Shown here one piece after another: positions 22,541 to 31,900 of a stretch of DNA of 50,725 nucleotides. The position numbers and the translations under genes were made by a program. Each line of letters begins with the position of its first letter. Within the stretch, counting starts at the first letter, position 1. A model generated the notes under the pieces. That model was not told where the DNA came from. It saw nothing but the letters and a program-made list of their open reading frames with translations, and made no database searches. This DNA comes from an uncultured Legionellales bacterium (GTDB lineage: Bacteria > Pseudomonadota > Gammaproteobacteria > UBA1113), in assembly GCA_964621215.1 (NCBI GenBank), contig CAZULF010000002.1, forward strand, positions 1 to 50,725, read 5' to 3'.

Positions 22541-22663
22541 TCTGCCGCTTATATCAAAGCTATAAGCGGCAGAAAAAACGAAAAATTTGATTTTTTTTGC
22601 CGTTTATAGTAACATTATAAGTGGCGGAAAAAACATGAAGCTCGATTTTTTCTGCCGCTTATA
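22541..22663. repeat. about 55-bp periodic array of dyads TCTGCCGCTTATA-N7-TATAAGCGGCAGA (2 full dyads plus 1 half site)
   Basis: Dyad 1 at 22541-22573 is perfect. Dyad 2 at 22598-22627 is imperfect. The half site at 22651-22663 abuts the Shine-Dalgarno of the downstream ATPase gene. Confidence 0.8.
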
Positions 22664-22675
22664 ACTTTAGGAGCA

Positions 22676-24154
22676 ATGTGGATGAACCTTTCCTCCCCTC
22701 GACAACGGGTTGGTCGTGAGCAAGAGCAAGCGATTTTGCAGCAACTATTAAAGTCAGATAAAGCCGAGTTTTTGGCGTTATACGGTCGTCGCCGTGTTGG
22801 TAAGACCTTTTTGATTAAGACTTTTTTTGAAACAGCGAACAGTGTGTTTTTCTATAACTCAGGTTTAAAGGATGGTACGCTAAAAGATCAGCTAGAGGAA
22901 TTTGCCAAACACATAGGCGAAGCTTTTTATGGTGGTGTATCCCTCATGCCAAGGACCAATTGGCGGGCTGCGTTTGCAGACTTAACTAAAGCGATTGAGC
23001 AAATCCCCAAACGCCAAAAGGTAGTGATATTTTTAGATGAATTGCCCTGGATGGCTACCAAGCGCTCTCGATTGTTGCAAGCCCTTGACTATTATTGGAA
23101 TCGCTACTGGAGCCATGACCCACGTATTAAACTCATTGTTTGTGGTTCATCTGCATCCTGGATACTGGAAAAAATTATCAATAATAAAGGCGGATTATAT
23201 AATCGTGTGACCCGCACCATGCATTTAACACCGTTTAATCTACATGAAACACAGGCTTTTTTAAAAAGACGCGGACATCATTTAAATCAAAAACAAATAA
23301 CAGAACTGTATCTTGCATTAGGCGGTATCCCGCATTATTTGTCATTAGCGAAAAAAGGCTATTCAGCACAACAGTGTTTAGATGAGTTATGTTTTCAAAA
23401 AGGTGGCGCATTAGTCGAAGAATTTGAACGTTTATTTGCGTCACTGTTTAATGATGCGGAATACTATATAACACTGATCCGCGTGATTGCTAAACATCAT
23501 TATGGTATTAGCCAGGTACAATTAATTCAAGAAAGCGGTGCGCCATCGGGTGGGCGGACAGTGCAGCGACTAAAAGACTTGGAAGAAGCTGGATTTATTT
23601 CATCTTTTGTTCCTTATGGTCACCAAGAACGCGGTATTTATTATAAAGTTGTCGATGAATTCAGTTTATTTTATTTACGTTGGATAGAGCCTAATCTCAT
23701 GACCATTAAAAAGCAAACGCATGCAGATGGATTTTGGCTTGCCAAAACGAAGACACCTGCCTGGCGGTCATGGAGTGGTTATGCGTTTGAATCGCTTTGC
23801 TATAAACATCTGCCGCAAATCAGAACGAAACTAAAAATTGATCCAGGTGCAGCGATCGGTAGTTGGCGTCATCAGGCAAAAGCAGCTGATGATCAAGGCA
23901 CACAGATTGATTTATTATTTGATCGTGATGATGGAGCTATTACGATTTGTGAAATTAAATATGCTGAGCAGCCATTCGTTCTTGATAAAGCCTATGCTAA
24001 AACTTTGCTTGACAAAGTTAAGATTTTTCAAACGAAAACACAAAGCAAGAAGCAAATTTTTATTGCCTTAATTGCAGCTAATGGGGTGAAGCCGAGTATG
24101 TATTCAGAAGATTTGATTGATGGGATCGTAATATTAGATGATTTGTTTACCTAA
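22676..24154 (+). CDS. AAA-type ATP-binding protein (archaeal-ATPase-like N-domain) with C-terminal DUF234/PD-(D/E)xK-like domain
   Basis: GREQEQAIL...LALYGRRRVGKTFLI Walker A, VIFLDELPW Walker B and a C-terminal IDLLFDRDDGAITICEIKY (D...ExK) motif. An alternative ATG at 22682 is better spaced from the AGGAG. Confidence 0.75.
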   Translation: MWMNLSSPRQRVGREQEQAILQQLLKSDKAEFLALYGRRRVGKTFLIKTFFETANSVFFYNSGLKDGTLKDQLEEFAKHIGEAFYGGVSLMPRTNWRAAFADLTKAIEQIPKRQKVVIFLDELPWMATKRSRLLQALDYYWNRYWSHDPRIKLIVCGSSASWILEKIINNKGGLYNRVTRTMHLTPFNLHETQAFLKRRGHHLNQKQITELYLALGGIPHYLSLAKKGYSAQQCLDELCFQKGGALVEEFERLFASLFNDAEYYITLIRVIAKHHYGISQVQLIQESGAPSGGRTVQRLKDLEEAGFISSFVPYGHQERGIYYKVVDEFSLFYLRWIEPNLMTIKKQTHADGFWLAKTKTPAWRSWSGYAFESLCYKHLPQIRTKLKIDPGAAIGSWRHQAKAADDQGTQIDLLFDRDDGAITICEIKYAEQPFVLDKAYAKTLLDKVKIFQTKTQSKKQIFIALIAANGVKPSMYSEDLIDGIVILDDLFT

Positions 24155-24223
24155 GCGTGAGGTAAAATAACTTATCATAGATAGATTAGCTGTATTGGTC
24201 TTGATTTAATCGCCATACTCACA

Positions 24224-24252
24224 TTGCCACCCCCCTCACGGTGCGGTATGAT
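24224..24252 (+). promoter_or_regulatory. candidate sigma70 promoter for fadE
   Basis: TTGCCA (24224-24229), 17-nt spacer, TATGAT (24247-24252), 35 nt upstream of the ATG. Confidence 0.35.
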
Positions 24253-24286
24253 ACTCTCGTCTAATAAACAATAGAAGGAATACTTC

Positions 24287-26773
24287 ATGTCTTCATTTAT
24301 AGAATTGCTAGTGATATTAGGGGCTGTCGGTGCTGTAGCCTACTGGCGCTTAAGTGTTACCGCTTGGGCCGGCACTATCGGTGGGGTGTTATTACTATTG
24401 ACCTTAGTGACGCATATGTCATGGTGGCTTTTAATCCCTTGCTGGCTTATTTTTGCTGTCGCAGCCGGTATTTTTCTTTCCCCCAATTTGCGTGAACATG
24501 CGTTCATGCGCAAGACATTCAATCTCTTTAAAAAACTATTGCCTCCCATCAGCCAAACAGAGCAAGAAGCATTAGATGCAGGTGATACATGGTGGGAAGC
24601 GGATTTATTTCGTGGTCAACCCGATTGGCAAAAATTGCATGCGGTTGCCAAACCAACCCTAACTGATGAAGAACAAGCTTTTATCGATAATCAAGTGATG
24701 ACACTTTGTAGCATGGTTGATGACTGGAAAATTGTACAAGAAGAAAGAGATTTGCCTGCGGCAGTGTGGGATTATCTGAAAAAAGAAGGTTTTTTTGGTT
24801 TAGTGATCGATAAAAAATACGGTGGTCGAGGATTTTCTGCATTGGCACATTCCACTATTATCTCATCACTTGCATCACGCAGTATTAGTGTTGCGGTGGA
24901 TGTGATGGTACCAAACTCTCTCGGACCAGCAGAATTGTTATGTCATTATGGGACAGAAGCACAAAAAGACCACTATTTACCTAAACTAGCAAAAGGCGAA
25001 GAAATTCCTTGTTTCTGCCTCACAGGACCGGATGCCGGTAGTGATGCGGGCGCGATGACGGATATTGGTATTGTTTGTCGTGGCATGCACGAAGGGAAAG
25101 AAGTCGTAGGAATACGCTTAAGCTGGGATAAACGTTATATTACTATGGCGCCGATGGCGACATTACTTGGGGTTGCATTTAAACTTTATGATCCCAATCA
25201 CTTTTTGGGTGATAAAGAAGAGGTGGGAATTACTCTTGCATTAGTACCTTCGACCCACCCTGGTGTTGAAGTCAGCAAACGTCACTTTCCAGCAGGTATG
25301 GCGTTTTTAAATGGTCCTGTGCGTGGCAACGATGTATTTATTCCAATGGATTGGATTATTGGTGGTCAAGCGATGGTGGGGCACGGCTGGCGCATGTTGA
25401 TGGAATGTCTGGCCATGGGACGCGGTATTTCCTTGCCAGCAATTAGTACCGCAGTTGGCGCAGTGTCTTATCGAATGACTGGCGCTTATTCGCGTATTCG
25501 CAAACAGTTTAAAACCGCTATCGCTAACTTTGAAGGTGTAGAAGAATCCTTAGCGCGTATTTGTGGTAATGCTTATATGCTGGAAGCAACGAGAGTGATG
25601 ACAGCGGGTGCAGTGGATTTAAAAATCAAGCCATCAGTTACTACAGCCATTGCCAAATATCACATGACAGAAATCAGTCGTCAGGTAATGAACGATACTA
25701 TGGATATCCATGGTGGTCGTGGCATTCAAATGGGTCCACGTAATTATTTAGCGCACGGACATTGCGCATTACCCATTAGTATCACAGTTGAAGGTGCTAA
25801 TATTCTTACGCGCAATTTAATCATTTTTGGTCAGGGTGCAATGCGTTGTCATCCGTTTATTCGACAAGAAATGGCTGCGGCTAATGATGCCAATGTAGAG
25901 CAGGGTTATGCTCAATTTGATAAGTTATTGTGTGCGCATATGGGATATACCGCATCCAATTTAGTACGAACTTTTGTTTATGGCGTGACAGGCGGTTTCT
26001 TTATCAAAGCCCCTACTAAAAATAAGAAATTGGCACGTTGCTATAAACAATTAACTCGCATGAGCACAGCCTTGGCATCGGTTTCAGATATTGCCATGAT
26101 GATGTTAGGCGGCGATTTGAAGCGTAAAGAACGTTTATCTGCGCGTTTAGGCGATGTTTTAAGTAATTTATATCTTGCGTCTAGCGTATTGAAATATTAT
26201 CAAGATCAAGGTCAGTTAGAAGAAGATATTCCTTATGTTGAATGGTGTGTGCAAACCTGTTTGCATCGCATTCAAAAAGCCTTTGATGACTTCTTTGCTA
26301 ACTTCTCACGTCCTTGGTTAGGAACATTGCTGAGCTTGATAGTATTTCCGATTGATCACAGCTACAAGCAAGGACCCAGCGATAAATTGGATCACGCTAT
26401 TGTGCAACCCATGTTAATTAACTCGGGCTTGCGTCAGCGCTTAAGTAAATTAAGTGTCGCGTTTATGAAACCAGATGATATTATGGGGCGCGTTGAATTA
26501 GCATTCCAGCAAGTCTTGCAAACAGCGGAATTGGAAAAAATCTTGCATCGCGCAGTTCGAGATGGCAAATTGCCTAATCAGCCCACGCGGCAAGCGTTGC
26601 TAGAAACTGCTGTGGCAACGGGCATATTAACTGGTGCTCAAGCGCAACAGTTGATTGAAGTGGATGTAGCAGTGGCAGATGCAATTGCTGTGGATGAATT
26701 TCGTTATGAACAATTGACAGGGAAAAGCCCATCATGGTCGAAGAAAGCACAAAAAGTAACCGAAACAGTGTAG
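24287..26773 (+). CDS. fadE: acyl-CoA dehydrogenase, long FadE type
   Basis: 828 aa with N-terminal TM segments and an ACAD core, similar in length to enterobacterial FadE. Confidence 0.9.
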   Translation: MSSFIELLVILGAVGAVAYWRLSVTAWAGTIGGVLLLLTLVTHMSWWLLIPCWLIFAVAAGIFLSPNLREHAFMRKTFNLFKKLLPPISQTEQEALDAGDTWWEADLFRGQPDWQKLHAVAKPTLTDEEQAFIDNQVMTLCSMVDDWKIVQEERDLPAAVWDYLKKEGFFGLVIDKKYGGRGFSALAHSTIISSLASRSISVAVDVMVPNSLGPAELLCHYGTEAQKDHYLPKLAKGEEIPCFCLTGPDAGSDAGAMTDIGIVCRGMHEGKEVVGIRLSWDKRYITMAPMATLLGVAFKLYDPNHFLGDKEEVGITLALVPSTHPGVEVSKRHFPAGMAFLNGPVRGNDVFIPMDWIIGGQAMVGHGWRMLMECLAMGRGISLPAISTAVGAVSYRMTGAYSRIRKQFKTAIANFEGVEESLARICGNAYMLEATRVMTAGAVDLKIKPSVTTAIAKYHMTEISRQVMNDTMDIHGGRGIQMGPRNYLAHGHCALPISITVEGANILTRNLIIFGQGAMRCHPFIRQEMAAANDANVEQGYAQFDKLLCAHMGYTASNLVRTFVYGVTGGFFIKAPTKNKKLARCYKQLTRMSTALASVSDIAMMMLGGDLKRKERLSARLGDVLSNLYLASSVLKYYQDQGQLEEDIPYVEWCVQTCLHRIQKAFDDFFANFSRPWLGTLLSLIVFPIDHSYKQGPSDKLDHAIVQPMLINSGLRQRLSKLSVAFMKPDDIMGRVELAFQQVLQTAELEKILHRAVRDGKLPNQPTRQALLETAVATGILTGAQAQQLIEVDVAVADAIAVDEFRYEQLTGKSPSWSKKAQKVTETV

Positions 26774-28053
26774 TTTATATTGTCGATGGTTGTCGCACGC
26801 CTTTTTTAAAGGCACGCACGCAACCAGGCCCATTTACGGGCTCAGACCTTGCCGTCGCAGCTGCGAAAACCTTACTCATGCGGCAACCGTTTTTACCGAC
26901 CGATTTAGGCGAGGTAATTGTAGGATGTATGATGCCCAGCGCCGATGAAGCCAATATCGGCCGTGTTATTTCTTTGCGCTTGGGCTGTGGTAAAAAGGTT
27001 CCAGCATGGACAGTACAGCGCAATTGCGCCTCAGGTTTGCAAGCGATTGATAGCGCCTATCAAGATATTGTAATGGGGCGTCATCAACTTGTCTTAGCCG
27101 GTGGCACGGATGCTATGAGTCATTCACCGTTGTTGTATCCACCAGAAATGAGTGCGTGGATGGGGCAATGGTTTGCCGCAAAAAAATTGACTGATAGATT
27201 AAAACTCATTACTCAAATTCGTCCTAGTTATTTCAAGCCGATTGTTTCTTTATTACGTGGCTTGACCGATCATACCATTGGTTTATCCATGGGACAAACT
27301 GCAGAAAACGTCGCTTATCGTTTCGGTATTACACGCCAAGAAATGGATGAATTTGCCGCAAGAAGCCATCAACGCGTGATCGCAGCGCAAAAAGCGGGTT
27401 ATTTAAATGAAGTGGTGCCGATTATTGATGCCAATGGCAAGGTATATGACGTCGATGATGGTGTGCGAGCAGATTCTTCAGTAGAAAAACTTGCTAAATT
27501 GTCGCCATTTTTTGATAAAAAACTTGGAGCGGTGACAGCCGGCAATAGTTCACAAGTGACGGATGGCGCTGCGTTTGTGATTTTAGCTAATCGCGATGCG
27601 GTGAAACGGTTTAATCTACCCGTTATCGGTAAAATTGTTGATATGGAATGGGCTGGTGTTGCGCCTGAGCAAATGGGTTTAGGTCCGGTGCATGCGATTA
27701 CGCCGATACTACAACGGCAGCATTTGCAATTGAGTGATATCGATTACTGGGAAATCAACGAGGCTTTTGCTGCACAAGTATTAGGTTGTGTAAAAGCGTG
27801 GGAAAGTGTGGAATATTGTCGCGAAGAATTAGGCTTGGATAAAGCATTGGGATCTATTCCACTCGATCGATTAAACGTTGATGGCGGTGCAATTGCATTA
27901 GGTCATCCTATTGGTGCAAGCGGCACTCGAGTTTTATTACATGTATTAGAAGTATTGCAACGCATCAATGCCAAACGAGGCATTGCTTCATTGTGCATTG
28001 GTGGTGGCCAGGGTGGCGCGATGTTAGTTGAACGTGTAACGGAGGTAGAATAA
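26734..28053 (+). CDS. fadI: acetyl-CoA C-acyltransferase (FadI-like thiolase)
   Basis: Thiolase Cys (RNCASGLQA), the LKL...GLSMGQTAE insertion typical of FadI, and a C-terminal GGGQGGAMLVE. The start is uncertain because of a 40-nt overlap with fadE. Confidence 0.88.
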   Translation: MVEESTKSNRNSVVYIVDGCRTPFLKARTQPGPFTGSDLAVAAAKTLLMRQPFLPTDLGEVIVGCMMPSADEANIGRVISLRLGCGKKVPAWTVQRNCASGLQAIDSAYQDIVMGRHQLVLAGGTDAMSHSPLLYPPEMSAWMGQWFAAKKLTDRLKLITQIRPSYFKPIVSLLRGLTDHTIGLSMGQTAENVAYRFGITRQEMDEFAARSHQRVIAAQKAGYLNEVVPIIDANGKVYDVDDGVRADSSVEKLAKLSPFFDKKLGAVTAGNSSQVTDGAAFVILANRDAVKRFNLPVIGKIVDMEWAGVAPEQMGLGPVHAITPILQRQHLQLSDIDYWEINEAFAAQVLGCVKAWESVEYCREELGLDKALGSIPLDRLNVDGGAIALGHPIGASGTRVLLHVLEVLQRINAKRGIASLCIGGGQGGAMLVERVTEVE

Positions 28054-30116
28054 TGCAAGAAACAAGCTATAAAAATTGGCAATTGACATTAGATGATCGT
28101 TACATTTTGTGGTTGACCTTAAATCGTGCTGATTCTTCAGTCAACTCATTAAACGCAAGTGTGTTGGACGAGTTTGATCATATTCTTACTGAGATTCCAC
28201 GCAGCAATCCACGTCCAGTAGCGGTGATTATTAAGTCGGGTAAAACTTCAGGCTTTATTCCCGGCGCTGATATTCAGCAGTTTGGGCAATTAGCGGATGT
28301 GAATGAAGCATTTGAATTATTACGCAAAGGCCAAACTATTTTTAGTAAGCTTGAACATTTACCTATGCCAACCGTAGCAATGATCGAAGGTTTTTGCTTG
28401 GGCGGTGGTATGGAGCTAGCCTTAGCTTGTACGTATCGCGTAGCGGAAGAGGGCAACAAAACCCGTTTAGGGTTACCTGAAATTTTACTAGGCATTCATC
28501 CCGGCTGGGGTGGCAGTGTGCGTTTACCGCGTTTAATTGGCATTAATGCAGCAATGGATCTGATGTTGTCTGGTCGTACAGTCACGGCGCGTGCCGCGGC
28601 AAAAATGGGTATTGTTGACATGGCAGTACCAAAACGACAGCTTGAAAATGCAGCACGTTATTACGCGCTAAATAAACCCGCACAGCACCATGCTTCCTGG
28701 ATCAATAAAGTTTTTGAATTATCGTTTGTGCGTCCATTATTGTGCTATATGTTCCGTCGCGTTGTGGAAACGCGAGAGACCCCAAAAACACCATTAGATC
28801 AGCTGAACCTGTTATTTAATAGCAAATTAGCGAAGAAAACCACGCCAGATCAATATCCCGCTCCATTTGCGTTAATTCAAAATTGGGTAGAAGAGGGCGT
28901 TAATTCTGAGAAGGCGTATATCAAAGAAGCGCAATCGGTAGGGAAATTGTTATTGAGTGATACCTCAAAAAATTTAGTGCGTATTTTCTTTTTGCAAGAA
29001 AAATTAAAGGGATTAGCCAAAGGTATTGATTTCAAACCGCACCACGTGCATGTGATTGGTGCGGGCACTATGGGCGGCGACATCGCGGCCTGGTGCGCAT
29101 TACGTGGTATGACAGTCACTTTGCAAGATCGTGAAGCTAAATTTATTGCTCCCGCTATTCAACGCGCGGCTAAGTTATTTAAAAATAAATTACGTGTTCC
29201 ACGTGATGTGCAAGCGGCAATGGATCGCTTAATTCCTGATGTTAATGGCACCGGAGTGAAAAAAGCCGATGTCATTATTGAAGCGATTTTTGAAAATCTA
29301 GAAGCTAAGCAAGCCTTATTCGCTGAATTAGAAAAGCAAGCGAAACCAGAGGCCATTTTAGCGACTAATACCTCATCTATTCCTTTAGATGAAATTAGTC
29401 AGGCGCTGAAAGATCCTTCTCGTTTAGTGGGTATTCACTTCTTTAATCCAGTGGCCAAAATGCAATTAGTTGAAGTGGTACATAGCGAGAAAACGCAGCA
29501 AGATGTGGTGAATAAAGCCATTGCTTTTGTGCGCAAAATCGATCGCTTACCGCTGCCAGTTAAAAGCAGCCCGGGTTTCTTAATCAACCGTGTATTAATG
29601 CCTTATTTAATGGAAGCAATGACGTTAGTGGATGAAGGTGTTCCGCTGGCCGCGATCGATGAAGCGGCTGTCGAGTTCGGTATGCCGATGGGCCCCGTCG
29701 AACTTGCCGATACGGTTGGTTTAGATGTGTGTTTATCCGTTGCTAAAAACTTATCGGACCATTTTGGTGGTACGGTTCCGAGTCGTTTACAGCATTTGGT
29801 CGACATCGGTAAATTAGGCCGCAAGACCAATGAAGGTTTTTATGTCTATAAAAACGGGAAAGCATTAAAGCCAGACACAAGCAAATCCCCAATCGATAAG
29901 GCCGTTATTGCGGATCGTATGATTCAAAAAATGCTTGATGAAGCACAGGCGTGTTTGCGTGAAGGCGTAGTGGCCGATCCTGATCTATTAGACGTGGGAA
30001 TGATTTTTGGCACCGGTTTTGCCCCATTCCGTGGCGGCCCAATGCACTATTTGCAAACAAGAGAACGGACGGTGCCAGTCGTTTCTGAAGCGCATTCAGA
30101 AGCAGCAGAGGCGTAG
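28053..30116 (+). CDS. fadJ: bifunctional enoyl-CoA hydratase / 3-hydroxyacyl-CoA dehydrogenase (FadJ-like)
   Basis: Crotonase N-domain and a VIGAGTMGGDIA Rossmann motif; 687 aa. ATGA-type coupling with fadI. The stop codon lies in a REP-C arm. Confidence 0.9.
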   Translation: MQETSYKNWQLTLDDRYILWLTLNRADSSVNSLNASVLDEFDHILTEIPRSNPRPVAVIIKSGKTSGFIPGADIQQFGQLADVNEAFELLRKGQTIFSKLEHLPMPTVAMIEGFCLGGGMELALACTYRVAEEGNKTRLGLPEILLGIHPGWGGSVRLPRLIGINAAMDLMLSGRTVTARAAAKMGIVDMAVPKRQLENAARYYALNKPAQHHASWINKVFELSFVRPLLCYMFRRVVETRETPKTPLDQLNLLFNSKLAKKTTPDQYPAPFALIQNWVEEGVNSEKAYIKEAQSVGKLLLSDTSKNLVRIFFLQEKLKGLAKGIDFKPHHVHVIGAGTMGGDIAAWCALRGMTVTLQDREAKFIAPAIQRAAKLFKNKLRVPRDVQAAMDRLIPDVNGTGVKKADVIIEAIFENLEAKQALFAELEKQAKPEAILATNTSSIPLDEISQALKDPSRLVGIHFFNPVAKMQLVEVVHSEKTQQDVVNKAIAFVRKIDRLPLPVKSSPGFLINRVLMPYLMEAMTLVDEGVPLAAIDEAAVEFGMPMGPVELADTVGLDVCLSVAKNLSDHFGGTVPSRLQHLVDIGKLGRKTNEGFYVYKNGKALKPDTSKSPIDKAVIADRMIQKMLDEAQACLREGVVADPDLLDVGMIFGTGFAPFRGGPMHYLQTRERTVPVVSEAHSEAAEA

Positions 30117-30212
30117 CCTGGATGCAGCGAAGCGGAATCTATCAGATTTGTCATGCCAGCGAAGGCTGGCATCCAAGTCCACAGATGGATGCCAGCCTTC
30201 GCTGGCATGATA
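30113..30212. repeat. REP cluster: REP-C arm (30113-30140) plus REP-A full palindrome (30149-30212)
   Basis: gtagcctggatgcagcgaagcggaatct, followed by tgtcatgccagcgaaggctggcatcca...tggatgccagccttcgctggcatga. Confidence 0.9.
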
Positions 30213-30242
30213 ACATTTAAAAAGTGTCTGGTACAGAGGGCG

Positions 30243-31766
30243 CTACTCCATCCCGCGTGCAGGGCCGCTCAAAAACGGAGGCCGTGCAAACCAGATAACA
30301 AAAGCTAGAATTAAAAATACGAAACCGGATAACCAGAAAACATCATCCGTTGCCAACATGTAGGCTTGATTTAAAACAAGCTCATAAATTTCAGCGTAGC
30401 TCATTTTTCCTATGAATCCCATACCCTGTAATTTCGCAATCACATCAGGCAAATTCGGTGTGTAGGTGGTTACCGTTTCCACAATTTGGCTTTGGTGTAC
30501 CGACTCACGGTGCGCCCATAAGGTGACGCTAACGGAGGTACCGAAGCTTCCGGCTAAGATACGTAAGAAATTAAATAATCCCGAGGCACTCGCTATTCGA
30601 TTATCGGGCAAGCCGGATAAAATAATTGAAATTAAGGGAATGAAAAAACAGGGCACTCCAATTCCTTGAATAAATCGAATCAAGGTAATATTGTTAAATC
30701 CAATATTCGTATTAAAATGCGCCATCCAAAAAGAACAAAAAGCAAAAATCAAAAAACCAAAACTGACTAACACACGCAGATCCACTTTATCCATAATGCG
30801 ACCAAAGAATGGCGATACGAGAAAAGGAATGAGACCAATCGGAGCAACAGCAAGGCCGGCCCACGTTGGGGTATAACCCATTTGAGTTTGTAACCACAGA
30901 GGTAAAATAACCATTGAACCAAAGAAGGTCATATAACCAAAACTGATCGCCATGCTGCCTATAGTAAAATTGCGACGTTTAAATAACGTCAGATCAACAA
31001 TGGGATGTTTTTCAGTTAATTCCCATGCGACAAAATAAATTAAACTAACGCTAGAAATAATCGCTAACGTGATGATGGTAGAAGAGTTAAACCAATCTAA
31101 ATCCTTACCTTTATCTAATAATATTTGCAAACAGCCGACACCAACAGCTAATAAAAGTAAACCGATATAATCAACCGGTTTTTTTACAATCGCGGTTTCG
31201 CGTTTCGCTAAAATAGTCCAGGTGAAATACGCCGAAGCAATACCGACCGGAATATTAATATAAAATATCCACGGCCATGTATAGGTATCAGTAATATAGC
31301 CTCCAAGAATCGGACCTATTACAGGCGCCACTACCGCTACCATCGACCACAGTCCTGTAGCTAAGCCTTTTTTCTCAGGGGGATAGTTAGCGAGTAATAA
31401 ACTTTGTGATAAAGCTATCATTGGCCCTGCAGCGGCACCTTGTACTACACGAAAGACGATTAACATAGCTAATGAGTTAGAAGAACCACATAACATTGAA
31501 GCAAGGGTAAATACTATCATTGAACCAACGAAACAACGTACCTCACCCAAACGACCGGCCAACCAACCTGTGAGGGGTAGCATAATTGCCATACTGACAG
31601 CAAACGAGGTGATGACCCAGGTTCCTTGCTCTGCACTCACGCCCAAGTTGCCAGCAATCGTCGGCACAGCCACATTGGCGATGGAGGTATCTAACACATT
31701 CATGAAGATACCTAGCGAAACGGCAATAGTCAATAATACTAATTGAATGCCTTTAATTGGCGGCAT
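30243..31766 (-). CDS. emrB: MFS DHA2-family multidrug efflux permease (EmrB/QacA type)
   Basis: 14-TM MFS protein with MPPIKGIQLVLLT start at 31766. The ORF-track extension to 31865 reads through REP-B and is rejected. Confidence 0.88.
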   Translation of the reverse strand: MPPIKGIQLVLLTIAVSLGIFMNVLDTSIANVAVPTIAGNLGVSAEQGTWVITSFAVSMAIMLPLTGWLAGRLGEVRCFVGSMIVFTLASMLCGSSNSLAMLIVFRVVQGAAAGPMIALSQSLLLANYPPEKKGLATGLWSMVAVVAPVIGPILGGYITDTYTWPWIFYINIPVGIASAYFTWTILAKRETAIVKKPVDYIGLLLLAVGVGCLQILLDKGKDLDWFNSSTIITLAIISSVSLIYFVAWELTEKHPIVDLTLFKRRNFTIGSMAISFGYMTFFGSMVILPLWLQTQMGYTPTWAGLAVAPIGLIPFLVSPFFGRIMDKVDLRVLVSFGFLIFAFCSFWMAHFNTNIGFNNITLIRFIQGIGVPCFFIPLISIILSGLPDNRIASASGLFNFLRILAGSFGTSVSVTLWAHRESVHQSQIVETVTTYTPNLPDVIAKLQGMGFIGKMSYAEIYELVLNQAYMLATDDVFWLSGFVFLILAFVIWFARPPFLSGPARGME

Positions 31767-31785
31767 AGTGGCTATCCTTTTCCAG

Positions 31786-31897
31786 CAGAAATCGTCATCC
31801 CGCGGCTTGCAGAAATTGTCATCCCGCGGCTTGTCCGCGGGATCCAGAACGCATCGACACGCCATGGATCCCGCGAATAAATCGCGGGACGACGAGG
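31786..31897. repeat. REP-B element with 24-bp tandem duplication, filling the emrA-emrB spacer
   Basis: cagaaatcgtcatcccgcggcttg (31786-31809) is duplicated at 31810-31833 with 1 mismatch. This is followed by a full REP-B with its arms swapped relative to copy 15011. Confidence 0.9.
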
Positions 31898-31900
31898 AAT

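Noticed and set aside
22541-22573. Dyad hairpins after lolD as rho-independent terminators
   Set aside because: On the plus strand the stems are followed by A-runs, not T-runs, and no minus-strand gene precedes them. They are treated as a repeat or operator array instead.
31767-31865. N-terminal extension of emrB (MACRCVLDPADKPRDD...)
   Set aside because: It is a translation of REP-B palindromes. The same peptide-like strings appear in other spurious ORFs over REP-B copies (e.g. 14878-15075), and the MFS homology starts at the ATG at 31766.
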